Part shown: positions 25,458-34,781 of the stretch, in pieces
Position numbering within the stretch: the first letter of the stretch is position 1
How the letters are laid out: the number at the start of each line of letters is the position of its first letter
DNA from: Bacteroidota bacterium
Lineage (GTDB): Bacteria > Bacteroidota > Bacteroidia > Bacteroidales > JAADGE01
Assembly: GCA_024277895.1 (NCBI GenBank)
Contig: JAJRUH010000046.1
Span: 557-64,556, forward strand
DNA length: 64,000 nucleotides
Reading direction: 5' to 3'
Made by a program: the position numbers and the translations under genes
The notes under the pieces: generated by a model
Told to the model about the DNA's origin: nothing
The model's database searches: none
The model's input: only the letters and a program-made list of their open reading frames with translations

Positions 25458-28307
25458 TTAGATTTGTAATTTTTCTTTCAGAAACTTTGCCGTATAGGAT
25501 TTTTTGCATTTTGTTAATTCTTCCGGTGTGCCTGAAAACAATAAATAACCGCCTTTTTCGCCGCCTTCGGGTCCTAAATCAATAACATAGTCTGCTGATT
25601 TTATAATTTCAAGATTATGCTCAATTATAATAATCGTATGTCCTCTTTCCGTCAAAGCGTTAAACGATTTCAACAATTTATTAATATCATGAAAATGCAA
25701 ACCGGTTGTGGGTTCATCAAATATAAATAAGGTTTTTTTTTGCGATTTTTCCTTACTTAAAAATGATGCTAATTTCACTCTCTGACTTTCACCGCCGCTT
25801 AAGGTATTTGACGATTGTCCGAGTTTAACATAAGATAAACCGACATCAAGCAATGGTTTTATCTGCGATGCAATTTTTTCTGTTTCTTTTTTCTCGCGAA
25901 AGAAATTATAAGCTTCTTTAACTGTTAATTCTAAAACATCATAAATATTTCTGCCCCTGTATGTTACATCAAGAATATTATCTTTATAACGCCTGCCTTT
26001 GCATTCTTCGCAAACTAAATGAACATCTGCCATAAACTGCATTTCTACGGTAATTTCACCTTCGCCGTTGCAGGTTTCGCAGCGTCCGCCGTCCACATTA
26101 AATGAAAAATGCGACGGTTTAAATCCGTTTATTTTCGAAGCTTGTTGCGAAACAAATAATTTTCTGATTTCATCAAATGCTTTCAAATAAATCACAGGAT
26201 TTGAACGTGATGATTTTCCTATCGGATTTTGATTTACAAATTCTGTAATATCAATTTGTTTTAAATCGCCGTATAATTCCGCAAAATCTCCCGGTTTTTT
26301 TCCGAAATCATTAATTTCACGACTTATTGCAGGATACAAAACATCACGAATTAAAGATGATTTGCCCGATCCGCTAACTCCGGTAACAACCGTCATCACA
26401 TTTAAAGGAAATTCAACGGAAATATTTTTCAGGTTATTGTGAGTAACACCTTTAAGACCTATAAAATGATTTGATGTTCTTCTTTTTTCAGGCAATGAAA
26501 TTGAAAGTTCATTTCGTAAATATTTTGCAGTAAATGATTTATCAACAAAGTGGTTTTTATCAACTAACTCATTATAGGTTCCTTGAAAAACAATTTCACC
26601 TCCGCCGACACCTGCATTCGGTCCGATATCAATAATACTGTCAGCTGCTTTTATAATATCTTCGTCGTGTTCAACAACAATAACCGTATTCCCGATATCG
26701 CGAAGTTGCTTTAAAACTTTTATTAAAAGATGCGTATCTCTCGGGTGTAAACCGATACTCGGTTCATCCAAAATATATAAAGAGCCCTCTAAACTGCTGC
26801 CGAGCGAACTCGCCAAATTTATTCGTTGCGACTCACCGCCGGATAAAGTTGACGACAATCGATTTAAAGTTAAATAAGATAAACCTACATCCGATAAATA
26901 TTGCAATCTGTTATTAATTTCCGTCAATAATCGTTTTGCTGTTTTCTTCTGATATTCAGACAATTGTAAATTATTGAAGAAGGTTTTCAAATCACTAATC
27001 GGAATATTTACCAAATCACTAATTGATTTTTCGCCGATTTTAACATAAGAAGCTTCTTTTTTTAATCGTGTTCCGTTACATTCGCGACAAATTGTTTTTC
27101 CGCGAAATCGCGACAACATCACTCTATATTGGATTTTTCGACTTTTCTTTTCTATTTTTTTAAAGAACGGCAAAATACCGAGAACCGATTTATTACCTTC
27201 CCATAAAAGATTTTTTTCTGCTTGCGATAATTCAAAATACGCACGATGAATCGGAAAATCAAAATCAAAAGCTTTTTCAATAAATCTGTCTTTATACCAA
27301 CTCATTTTTTCACCTCTCCAACAAGCAACAGCTCCCTGATATATCGATAAGGTTTTATTCGGGATTACTAAATCTTCATCAATTCCCATAGTTTTACCGT
27401 AGCCTTCACATACCGGGCAGGCACCCACAGGATTATTAAAATTAAACATATGAACAGAAGGGATTTCAAATTGTATTCCGTCAGATTCAAACTTATCGGA
27501 AAATTCATTAATAATAATCTCCTCTTCGTTATAAACTTTTAGTTTACAAATCCCGTTGCCTTCATAAAAAGCCGTTTGCACGGAATCTGATATTCTGTTT
27601 ATTGCATCCTCATCATAATTAACAGATATTCTGTCGATTACAATATTTGCAATTTTTGGTTTATCTAATTTTTTTCTCGAAATAAGTTCTTCTGTTTTAA
27701 AAACTTTCCCGTCAAATTCAACACGCATAAATCCTTGTTTTAACAAAACTTGTAAATGCTCCGAACAAGTTCTGTCATTATTTACAGATAAAGGAGATAA
27801 TATTAATGCTTTCGTTCCTTCTTTAAATCCTTTAATAAAATTAACAACATCACTAACCGTATTTTTTTGTACTTTTTTACCGGAAACAGGAGAAAAAGTC
27901 TCTCCCACTCTTGCGTATAATAATTTCAAATAATCATATACTTCCGTTGAAGTTCCGACAGTAGAACGCGGATTTCGTGTGTTTACCTTTTGCTCAACGG
28001 CAATTGCCGGAGGAATGCCTTTTATAAAATCGACTTCAGGCTTATTTAATCTTCCGAGAAACTGACGCGCATAAGACGATAAACTCTCAACATATCTTCG
28101 CTGGCCTTCGGCATACAAAGTATCAAAAGCTAAAGAAGATTTTCCGGAACCGGATAAACCTGTAATAACAATTAACTTATCTCGTTCAATTAATAAATTA
28201 ATATTCTTTAAATTATGAACTCTTGCACCTTTAATTTCAATATTTTCAGAAAATAATTTATTTTCTTTATTTACTTTTAAAATAATATTTTCACTTTCAT
28301 TCGGCAC
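25458..28307 (-). CDS. uvrA: Excinuclease ABC subunit A
   Basis: 949 aa. Two Walker A sites (GLSGSGKSSLAFDT, GVSGSGKSSL), two LSGGESQR signatures, and CxxC zinc modules. Apparent GTG start at 28307. Confidence 0.9.
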   Translation of the reverse strand: MPNESENIILKVNKENKLFSENIEIKGARVHNLKNINLLIERDKLIVITGLSGSGKSSLAFDTLYAEGQRRYVESLSSYARQFLGRLNKPEVDFIKGIPPAIAVEQKVNTRNPRSTVGTSTEVYDYLKLLYARVGETFSPVSGKKVQKNTVSDVVNFIKGFKEGTKALILSPLSVNNDRTCSEHLQVLLKQGFMRVEFDGKVFKTEELISRKKLDKPKIANIVIDRISVNYDEDAINRISDSVQTAFYEGNGICKLKVYNEEEIIINEFSDKFESDGIQFEIPSVHMFNFNNPVGACPVCEGYGKTMGIDEDLVIPNKTLSIYQGAVACWRGEKMSWYKDRFIEKAFDFDFPIHRAYFELSQAEKNLLWEGNKSVLGILPFFKKIEKKSRKIQYRVMLSRFRGKTICRECNGTRLKKEASYVKIGEKSISDLVNIPISDLKTFFNNLQLSEYQKKTAKRLLTEINNRLQYLSDVGLSYLTLNRLSSTLSGGESQRINLASSLGSSLEGSLYILDEPSIGLHPRDTHLLIKVLKQLRDIGNTVIVVEHDEDIIKAADSIIDIGPNAGVGGGEIVFQGTYNELVDKNHFVDKSFTAKYLRNELSISLPEKRRTSNHFIGLKGVTHNNLKNISVEFPLNVMTVVTGVSGSGKSSLIRDVLYPAISREINDFGKKPGDFAELYGDLKQIDITEFVNQNPIGKSSRSNPVIYLKAFDEIRKLFVSQQASKINGFKPSHFSFNVDGGRCETCNGEGEITVEMQFMADVHLVCEECKGRRYKDNILDVTYRGRNIYDVLELTVKEAYNFFREKKETEKIASQIKPLLDVGLSYVKLGQSSNTLSGGESQRVKLASFLSKEKSQKKTLFIFDEPTTGLHFHDINKLLKSFNALTERGHTIIIIEHNLEIIKSADYVIDLGPEGGEKGGYLLFSGTPEELTKCKKSYTAKFLKEKLQI

Positions 28308-28336
28308 GAAAATTGTTTTTCAAATTAATAAAAATG

Positions 28337-28344
28337 CAAATGTA
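28337..28344 (-). promoter_or_regulatory. Bacteroidota -7 box (TACATTTG on the minus strand)
   Basis: Plus-strand CAAATGTA, 30 nt upstream of the uvrA start. Confidence 0.4.
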
Positions 28345-28495
28345 ATGATATGCTTTTATCAAAAAATATTTTTTTTTCTCAAAATTTATTTCATATTTGC
28401 ATTGTAGTTTATTAAACCTGAACTTTATTCTTTAACATAAAATCGCAGCCTATAGCAAATTTTTACTTTTATTTTAATCAAAATAGAAGAATGCT

Positions 28496-29086
28496 ATGAA
28501 AACTAAACTCAAAGACAAAGAGCTTGTAAATAATTTTATGAGCGGAGACAGAATTGCAATTGAGACACTCATCAATCGACACAAAGAACGTGTTTACACC
28601 TACATTTTATTTATTGTAAAAAATGAAAAATTAGCTGAAGATATTTTTCAGGATACATTTATTAAAGTAATTAAATCTTTACAAAAAGGAAAGTATAACG
28701 AACAGGGTATTTTTGTATCTTGGGTTATCAGAATTGCACATAACCTAACGATTGATCATTTCAGAAAAAAATCACGAATGCCTACTTATTCTAATGATGA
28801 AAATCCGGATATTGATATTTTTAATTCTCAAAAATTCGCCGATGCAACAATTGAAGATGAGCTGATAAAAGATCAAATTGCTGCTGAAATTCGTCAATTA
28901 GTTGAAATTTTACCGCAGGAACAAAGAGAAGTCGTACTTTTAAGACACTTCGGTAATTTAAGCTTTAAAGAAATTGCAGAGCAAACCGGCGTAAGTATAA
29001 ATACGGCATTGGGAAGAATGCGATACGCATTGATAAATTTAAGAAAATTAGTGGGCGAAAAGAAACTGAATCTTTTATTAATGTAA
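28496..29086 (+). CDS. ECF-type RNA polymerase sigma-70 factor
   Basis: 196 aa. Region 2 (DIFQDTFIKV...AHNLTIDHFRKK) and region 4 HTH (LSFKEIAEQTGVSINTALGRMRYA). Confidence 0.85.
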   Translation: MKTKLKDKELVNNFMSGDRIAIETLINRHKERVYTYILFIVKNEKLAEDIFQDTFIKVIKSLQKGKYNEQGIFVSWVIRIAHNLTIDHFRKKSRMPTYSNDENPDIDIFNSQKFADATIEDELIKDQIAAEIRQLVEILPQEQREVVLLRHFGNLSFKEIAEQTGVSINTALGRMRYALINLRKLVGEKKLNLLLM

Positions 29087-29107
29087 AAGAAAAAAACTGA
29101 TTTTAAT

Positions 29108-29137
29108 ATGCTTGTTCTAATTACAAGCATTTTTTTT
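29108..29137 (+). terminator. Rho-independent terminator after the sigma factor gene
   Basis: Stem ATGCTTGT/ACAAGCAT with a 7-nt loop, then T7. Confidence 0.7.
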
Positions 29138-29169
29138 GCAATAAAACACCATTTTCTGATGATAATATT

Positions 29170-29177
29170 TATTTTTG
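29170..29177 (+). promoter_or_regulatory. Bacteroidota -7 box TATTTTTG
   Basis: Exact match 26 nt upstream of ATG 29204. Confidence 0.4.
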
Positions 29178-29203
29178 TTGATTAGGATTTATAATTTTCA
29201 TTT

Positions 29204-29917
29204 ATGAAACGAATATCACCGGTTCAATATGCTGCCGTAGGGTTAATACTCTTGTCATTGTTAATGTATTATGTTTATTATAATCAAACAGGAAATTTTA
29301 ATTCACCAATCATTGAATTTGAATTTGTAAAAAATCAGCAAGATGTAAAAAATATTTTTGTTGAAAATAATGAAATAAAACATGACATTGTTAAAGGGGT
29401 CAAAAATCAGAATATTGTTGATTATGCTTATATGTTTTTTTATTCTTCATTATTATTCTTTGCCTTCAGAAAATTATCTGTATTTGAAAAAAAGAAAATT
29501 TATTATTTGGGAATTGCATTTTCAATTATTGCTCTTATAAGTGATATTTTTGAAAATATTCAACTTTTTCAAATTTCGGATTTGCTTCTAAACAAAACCG
29601 GATTTTCAAAGCCCGTAAACATACTCTATATAATTACTCGGTTGAAATGGTTAAGTTTGGCATTTGCGTTTATCATCCTTTCTGTCCATTATTATAACTA
29701 TAAATTATTGGGAAAATTGTTTGCATTAATTTCAACTTTACCGTTGTTAAGTGTTTTAACTTTGATTTTTTCAGGAAATTCTGATAACAGTTTTTATACA
29801 ATATTCACAAGTTTCATAATGCTTGACTTTGTAATTTTAATGATTTGGATTTTTATTCCGCACAAAAATAATAAAGAGAATATAAATTTTTATAATTCCG
29901 TAAAAAACACTTTATAA
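29204..29917 (+). CDS. Hypothetical polytopic membrane protein
   Basis: 237 aa with about 6 hydrophobic segments. No motif I recognise. Confidence 0.55.
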   Translation: MKRISPVQYAAVGLILLSLLMYYVYYNQTGNFNSPIIEFEFVKNQQDVKNIFVENNEIKHDIVKGVKNQNIVDYAYMFFYSSLLFFAFRKLSVFEKKKIYYLGIAFSIIALISDIFENIQLFQISDLLLNKTGFSKPVNILYIITRLKWLSLAFAFIILSVHYYNYKLLGKLFALISTLPLLSVLTLIFSGNSDNSFYTIFTSFIMLDFVILMIWIFIPHKNNKENINFYNSVKNTL

Positions 29918-29925
29918 GATTACAA

Positions 29926-31998
29926 ATGAAAAAAATAATCCTGTTCTTTTTTTTTAGTATCGCAATTATACAATTCGGATTCTCTCAGGTTCCGGTACAA
30001 ATTTCAGATCAAACAGTTATTCTGAATAATAAGAAATTTTATCTTCATAAAGTTAAAAAAGGGCAAACCCTATATTCAGTATGCAAAGCCTATAAAGCTG
30101 ATCAAAAGGAAGTTATGAAAATTAACAAACTAAGTACTTTTGAGATAAAATCCGGACAGCTTTTAAAAATTCCTTATACAAAAAAATACAATAACGATAC
30201 TTTACCCGATTTTTTTTATCACAAAGTAATTCAAGGCGAAACACTGTTTTCTCTTTCACAAAAATATTATGTCAGTGTGGAAGCAATAATTGAAACAAAC
30301 CCTGTAGTAAAATACGGTTTAAAAACCGGACAAATTCTGAAAATCCCTAACAGTTTTAAGAAAAAAAGAGAAACTGAAAATAAAAAATACTTATTCTACA
30401 CTGTAGAGAAAGGAAATACTTTATTTTCAATTGCTGAGGCACACAATGTATCTGTTGATGAATTAATAAAACTTAATCCTGAAGCAACAAACGGTATTAA
30501 ACCCGGTCAAATTCTGAAAATTCCTAACAGTTTTGAGAAAAAAAGAGAAACTGAAAACGAAAAATACTTATTCTACACTGTAGAGAAAGGAAATACTTTA
30601 TTTTCAATTGCCGTGACACACAATGTATCCGTTGATGAATTAATAAAACTTAATCCTGAAGCAACAAACGGTATTAAACCCGGTCAAATTTTAAAAATTC
30701 CGACAACATATCATAATAAAGAGCTGATTAATGACAGTATTCCTCCTGACACAATTAATAAACTTCAAAAAGGTTTAAACGACCCCTTATATTTTACGGA
30801 AGCCGGAATTACGCCGTGTAATCAATTTGAATATTCTAAAGACAAAACTTTCAATGTAGTTTTATTATTACCTCTTTTTCTGGAAAAAAATTTGCAATAC
30901 ATAAGCAGCTGCCAAAAAGAAAAAGACCCGATGTTCTACAAAAACACAAAACGATTCATTGAATTATATGAAGGTTTTTTATTTGCACTGCAAAAAGTTA
31001 AACAACAAGGATTATCCGTAAATTTAAAAGTCTATGACACAGAAAACGACAGTATAAAAACGGAAAATATTATGCAATCATTAAATTATCCGAATGTTGA
31101 TTTAATTATAGGTCCTGTTTATTCGAAAAATATCAGAATTGCATCAAAATATGCTGCAAAACATCATATAAATTTAGTTTCACCTCTTTCAAAAAATTCT
31201 TCTTTACTTACAAATAATCCATTTGTCTTTCAAGTTATTCCTTCAACAGAAGCTCGCATTAATAATGTGTCAAAATATTTAAGTAAACATAACGACAGCA
31301 TAAATATTGTAATAATTTATAAAAATTCCGGAGAACAATTAAAGTGGGTTAACAAATTTAAAGAAGATTACACACTTCATGACAGCCTTTATTTACAACC
31401 GGATACATCTGTTTTTAAAATTATTCAATATGATACGGATATTAAAGTTACGGATGAACAACAAGAAAAAATTAATCGTGCATTAAAACAAAAATATAAA
31501 AATATTATTTACATTCCTTCTGACAATGAAGTATTTGTAACACAAGTAATTGACAAGCTGTATGCTGCCAATGACAGTTTAGATCTTGAAATTATAGGAT
31601 CTGACAAGTGGATAAATTTTCAAAATATTAATTCAGCTGTTTTTAACAGAATTTCATTTAATTTTATATCACCTCTCTACGTGAATTATAATTCCCCCGA
31701 TGTTAAAAAATTTATCGTAAATTTCAGGACTGTTTATAAAACAGAACCCTCTTTTTTCTCATTTCAAGGATATGATATTGCTTATTATTTTTTAAATACT
31801 TTAAGGAAATACGGCAGAATTTTCCAATTTTGTATATCAGCAAAAGATGCTTTTCCTAATCACCGCGGATTGATAACGGATTTTAATTTTGAAAGAATTA
31901 ATACAACGGGCGGTTTTGAAAATAAAAATTCATTTATTCTGAAATTTAATGATACTTTTCAACTGGAAAACAAAAGTTTAAATGAAAAAACAGAATAA
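29926..31998 (+). CDS. LysM-repeat protein fused to a periplasmic-binding-protein (type 1)-like domain
   Basis: 690 aa with a signal peptide. Four LysM-like units (H/YxVxKGxTLxSI...LKIP). The C-terminal half has a PBP1-like pattern (VVLLLPLF...VDLIIGPVYS). Confidence 0.75.
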   Translation: MKKIILFFFFSIAIIQFGFSQVPVQISDQTVILNNKKFYLHKVKKGQTLYSVCKAYKADQKEVMKINKLSTFEIKSGQLLKIPYTKKYNNDTLPDFFYHKVIQGETLFSLSQKYYVSVEAIIETNPVVKYGLKTGQILKIPNSFKKKRETENKKYLFYTVEKGNTLFSIAEAHNVSVDELIKLNPEATNGIKPGQILKIPNSFEKKRETENEKYLFYTVEKGNTLFSIAVTHNVSVDELIKLNPEATNGIKPGQILKIPTTYHNKELINDSIPPDTINKLQKGLNDPLYFTEAGITPCNQFEYSKDKTFNVVLLLPLFLEKNLQYISSCQKEKDPMFYKNTKRFIELYEGFLFALQKVKQQGLSVNLKVYDTENDSIKTENIMQSLNYPNVDLIIGPVYSKNIRIASKYAAKHHINLVSPLSKNSSLLTNNPFVFQVIPSTEARINNVSKYLSKHNDSINIVIIYKNSGEQLKWVNKFKEDYTLHDSLYLQPDTSVFKIIQYDTDIKVTDEQQEKINRALKQKYKNIIYIPSDNEVFVTQVIDKLYAANDSLDLEIIGSDKWINFQNINSAVFNRISFNFISPLYVNYNSPDVKKFIVNFRTVYKTEPSFFSFQGYDIAYYFLNTLRKYGRIFQFCISAKDAFPNHRGLITDFNFERINTTGGFENKNSFILKFNDTFQLENKSLNEKTE
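30331..30684 (+). repeat. Intragenic tandem duplication, 2 x 177 bp
   Basis: Copy 1 is 30331-30507 and copy 2 is 30508-30684. By hand alignment there are 8 differences in 177 positions. In frame, it duplicates one LysM unit plus linker. Confidence 0.9.
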
Positions 31999-32024
31999 CA
32001 AAAAAGAAAATTGAAAATAATTAT

Positions 32025-32032
32025 TATTTTTG
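32025..32032 (+). promoter_or_regulatory. Bacteroidota -7 box TATTTTTG
   Basis: Exact match 27 nt upstream of the TTG start at 32060. Confidence 0.4.
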
Positions 32033-32059
32033 ATAATTCATTTTTAAATATATAAAATT

Positions 32060-33733
32060 TTGAAAACAAAGTTCAGATTTAATATTTTAACAAAGCTTTT
32101 ATTTGGATTCGGCATATTGTTAGTTGCTTTTTTTATTGCATACACTTCAATATACAAAATGCTTAAAGACAATGAGAAATTAGCCGTAAATGTTAACGAA
32201 AATATTGTTCCGTCAATGGCTGCTCTTAATAAATTTTCATTTCAGATATTTGAATCAAAGCATTTATTAACGAACTGGATTTTGTTTGAAAAAGAAAGTA
32301 ACACACCTAAAAAACTCAGATTAACAGAAATAATACAAAACGGATATCCTCAAATAAAATATGAGATTAAACAACAGGCAAAACAGTGGAATAAAACCGA
32401 ACAATTAAAATTAAACCAAATTTTTAATTTAGCCGACAGTTATTTTTCTCAAGTTACAGATATAATAAACGGGTTAAATAACATTGAGGCATACAATGCT
32501 CCTGATTTTGAATCTCGTTATGTCAGTATTATTAAAGAAGGAGATCCGCTTCCGGAATTAGCTGATAATATAAAATCTCAAATTGATGAAATGTATGAGA
32601 ATAAAAATGACATATTACTTTCTTACAATATAAAAATTGAAAAATCTTTTAAAATATTCAGTAACCGAATTTTGTTTTCCGGAATCGTGTTACTTTTTAC
32701 AGTAATAATAATTGCATTTTTAATGGCAAACGCTACAATATTTCCGATAAAATATATTAAAAATATTATTCGTAAAATGTCATTCGGAGAACTGCCTTCA
32801 CAATCCATAAAAACTTCAACCGATGAAATCGGAGAGATGGGTGAAGCCCTCAGTAATTTAATAACAAATCTTAAACAAAAAGTTGAATTTGCAAAAGAGA
32901 TAGAAAGAGGAAATTTCAGAAGTTTCTTTGAAATAAGCGGAGAGCATGATATTTTAGGAAGTTCATTACTTTCAATGAGAGACAGCCTGTCCGAAGCCTA
33001 TAAATATGAAGAAATAAGGAGAAAAGAAAACGAAGAAAGAAGTTGGGCAGCACAAGGATTGTCAGAATTTAACGATTTAATACGTGAGCACAGCAAAACA
33101 CTTGAAGAATTTTCACTTGTAAGTATTAATAAATTAACACGATATACAGAATCACAAATCGGCGGAATATATATACTGAATGAAGAAAATGTTAAGGAGC
33201 GATTTTTGGAATTAGTAGGATTTTATGCGTATGACAGACATAAATTTTTTGAAGAAAAAATATATCCCGGAGAAAATCTTATCGGACAGTGTTTTCTTGA
33301 AAAAGATACTATTTTTATTACTGATGTTCCTGAAAATTATATTAAAATCTCTTCCGGTTTAGGAAAAGAAAACCCGAAAAGTATTTTAATTGTGCCTTTA
33401 ATTTTAAATCAAAAAGTATATGGAGTTGTTGAATTAGCTTCTGTTGAGATTTTTACAAAATATAAGATTGAATTTGTTGAAAAAATTGCCGAACTCTTAG
33501 CTTCAACAGTTGCAAGCATTCAAATCAATATTCAACGTACAAAATTAATTGAGGAAACTAAAGATAAATCGGAAACAGAAGAACAAGAAAAACAAGAACT
33601 TCAAAAGAAGATTATTGCACTTGAAAATGAATTGAAAATAAAATCGGAAGGACAAGAAAAATTACTAAGTCAAATACAACAATTACAAACATCTTTATCT
33701 GAGAGCAAAAAAAATACTGACGATGCCGTATAA
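32060..33733 (+). CDS. Membrane-anchored HAMP-GAF signalling protein with C-terminal coiled coil and no recognisable output domain
   Basis: 557 aa with a TTG start. Two TM segments bracket a ~170-aa outside region. HAMP-like PIKYIKNIIRKMSFGELP...DEIGEMGEALSNL. GAF-like GGIYILNEE...LELVGFYAYD...LIVPLILNQKVYGVVELAS. Glu/Lys/Gln-rich tail. Confidence 0.65.
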   Translation: MKTKFRFNILTKLLFGFGILLVAFFIAYTSIYKMLKDNEKLAVNVNENIVPSMAALNKFSFQIFESKHLLTNWILFEKESNTPKKLRLTEIIQNGYPQIKYEIKQQAKQWNKTEQLKLNQIFNLADSYFSQVTDIINGLNNIEAYNAPDFESRYVSIIKEGDPLPELADNIKSQIDEMYENKNDILLSYNIKIEKSFKIFSNRILFSGIVLLFTVIIIAFLMANATIFPIKYIKNIIRKMSFGELPSQSIKTSTDEIGEMGEALSNLITNLKQKVEFAKEIERGNFRSFFEISGEHDILGSSLLSMRDSLSEAYKYEEIRRKENEERSWAAQGLSEFNDLIREHSKTLEEFSLVSINKLTRYTESQIGGIYILNEENVKERFLELVGFYAYDRHKFFEEKIYPGENLIGQCFLEKDTIFITDVPENYIKISSGLGKENPKSILIVPLILNQKVYGVVELASVEIFTKYKIEFVEKIAELLASTVASIQINIQRTKLIEETKDKSETEEQEKQELQKKIIALENELKIKSEGQEKLLSQIQQLQTSLSESKKNTDDAV

Positions 33734-33767
33734 ACTCACAGTCAGACAATTATTTCCTGCAATTACC

Positions 33768-34724
33768 TTAAATTTTTGTTCTTACAAAAAAATAAGTACC
33801 GAACATACCCGGTACTGCCAAATTAATTATCCACAAAACAGCAGTTGCCGATAAAATACCCGGAATATCAGGTGAAAACATACCGAGAAAAAAAACAGCC
33901 GCCATTCCTCTTATTCCTATTTCCAAAAATGTTAATACAGGAATCAGTGAACTGATAAAATAAGTCAATGCAATTCCTATAAAAGCCTCTGCAACAGTAA
34001 TTTCAGTTTTAAAAACATATAAAAGAAATACAAATTGCACAGAAAAAACAGCATATCTTAAAAGACTTAAACATAAAACAATAATGATATCTTTAGAAGA
34101 ATAAACTGTCAGCGGTTTTATATATTGAATAAATTTTACATTAACTTTCAATTTTTCGGCAACCGGAACAAGATATCTCAAATTAAAAAGTAATAAAAAC
34201 CCGAAAACTATTACTGATATTGATATTATTTTAACAAAAAATAAATTTTGAGAGTTTATTCCGATTAACTTCTCAGGATACAGATAAAGCAATATTATTC
34301 CGGCAACTGAGCCTAAAACCACAGTTATCATCATCTGACTTAAACTCCCGGCAGCAGTTATAAAAACAGCTTTTTCTCTATTTTCATTTTTTAATACAAA
34401 TACTCTTCCCACTAATTCTCCTATTCGATTCGGTGAAATAAGTGCAAATGAAATTCCGGATAAAACCGCTCTGAAAGCAAGTTTTAAATTTATTATTTCA
34501 AATTTTTTCAACAAAAATTTCCATTTATAAGATTCTGTGAGCCAATTAATAGGCATTAATACAATTACAATGGTAATAAATAAAAAAGACCGGAAGTTGA
34601 AAGCGGGAAATGAAAAATCAGAAAGGTTAAAATTTTTTATTTTTATCCAAATATACCAAAATGCAAAAAATACAATCGTAATTTTTAAAATGAGTATAAG
34701 ATTTTTTTTAATTAACTTTCTCAA
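33768..34724 (-). CDS. Flippase-like / LPG-synthase-TM (UPF0104) family membrane protein
   Basis: 318 aa with about 8 hydrophobic segments. The pattern ...ISPNRIGE... is typical of the family as I recall it. Confidence 0.55.
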   Translation of the reverse strand: MRKLIKKNLILILKITIVFFAFWYIWIKIKNFNLSDFSFPAFNFRSFLFITIVIVLMPINWLTESYKWKFLLKKFEIINLKLAFRAVLSGISFALISPNRIGELVGRVFVLKNENREKAVFITAAGSLSQMMITVVLGSVAGIILLYLYPEKLIGINSQNLFFVKIISISVIVFGFLLLFNLRYLVPVAEKLKVNVKFIQYIKPLTVYSSKDIIIVLCLSLLRYAVFSVQFVFLLYVFKTEITVAEAFIGIALTYFISSLIPVLTFLEIGIRGMAAVFFLGMFSPDIPGILSATAVLWIINLAVPGMFGTYFFVRTKI

Positions 34725-34781
34725 TGCGTATATTTTAAAAATGCGAAATAAAAACAGGAAAAATTTAATACGGAAAATATC

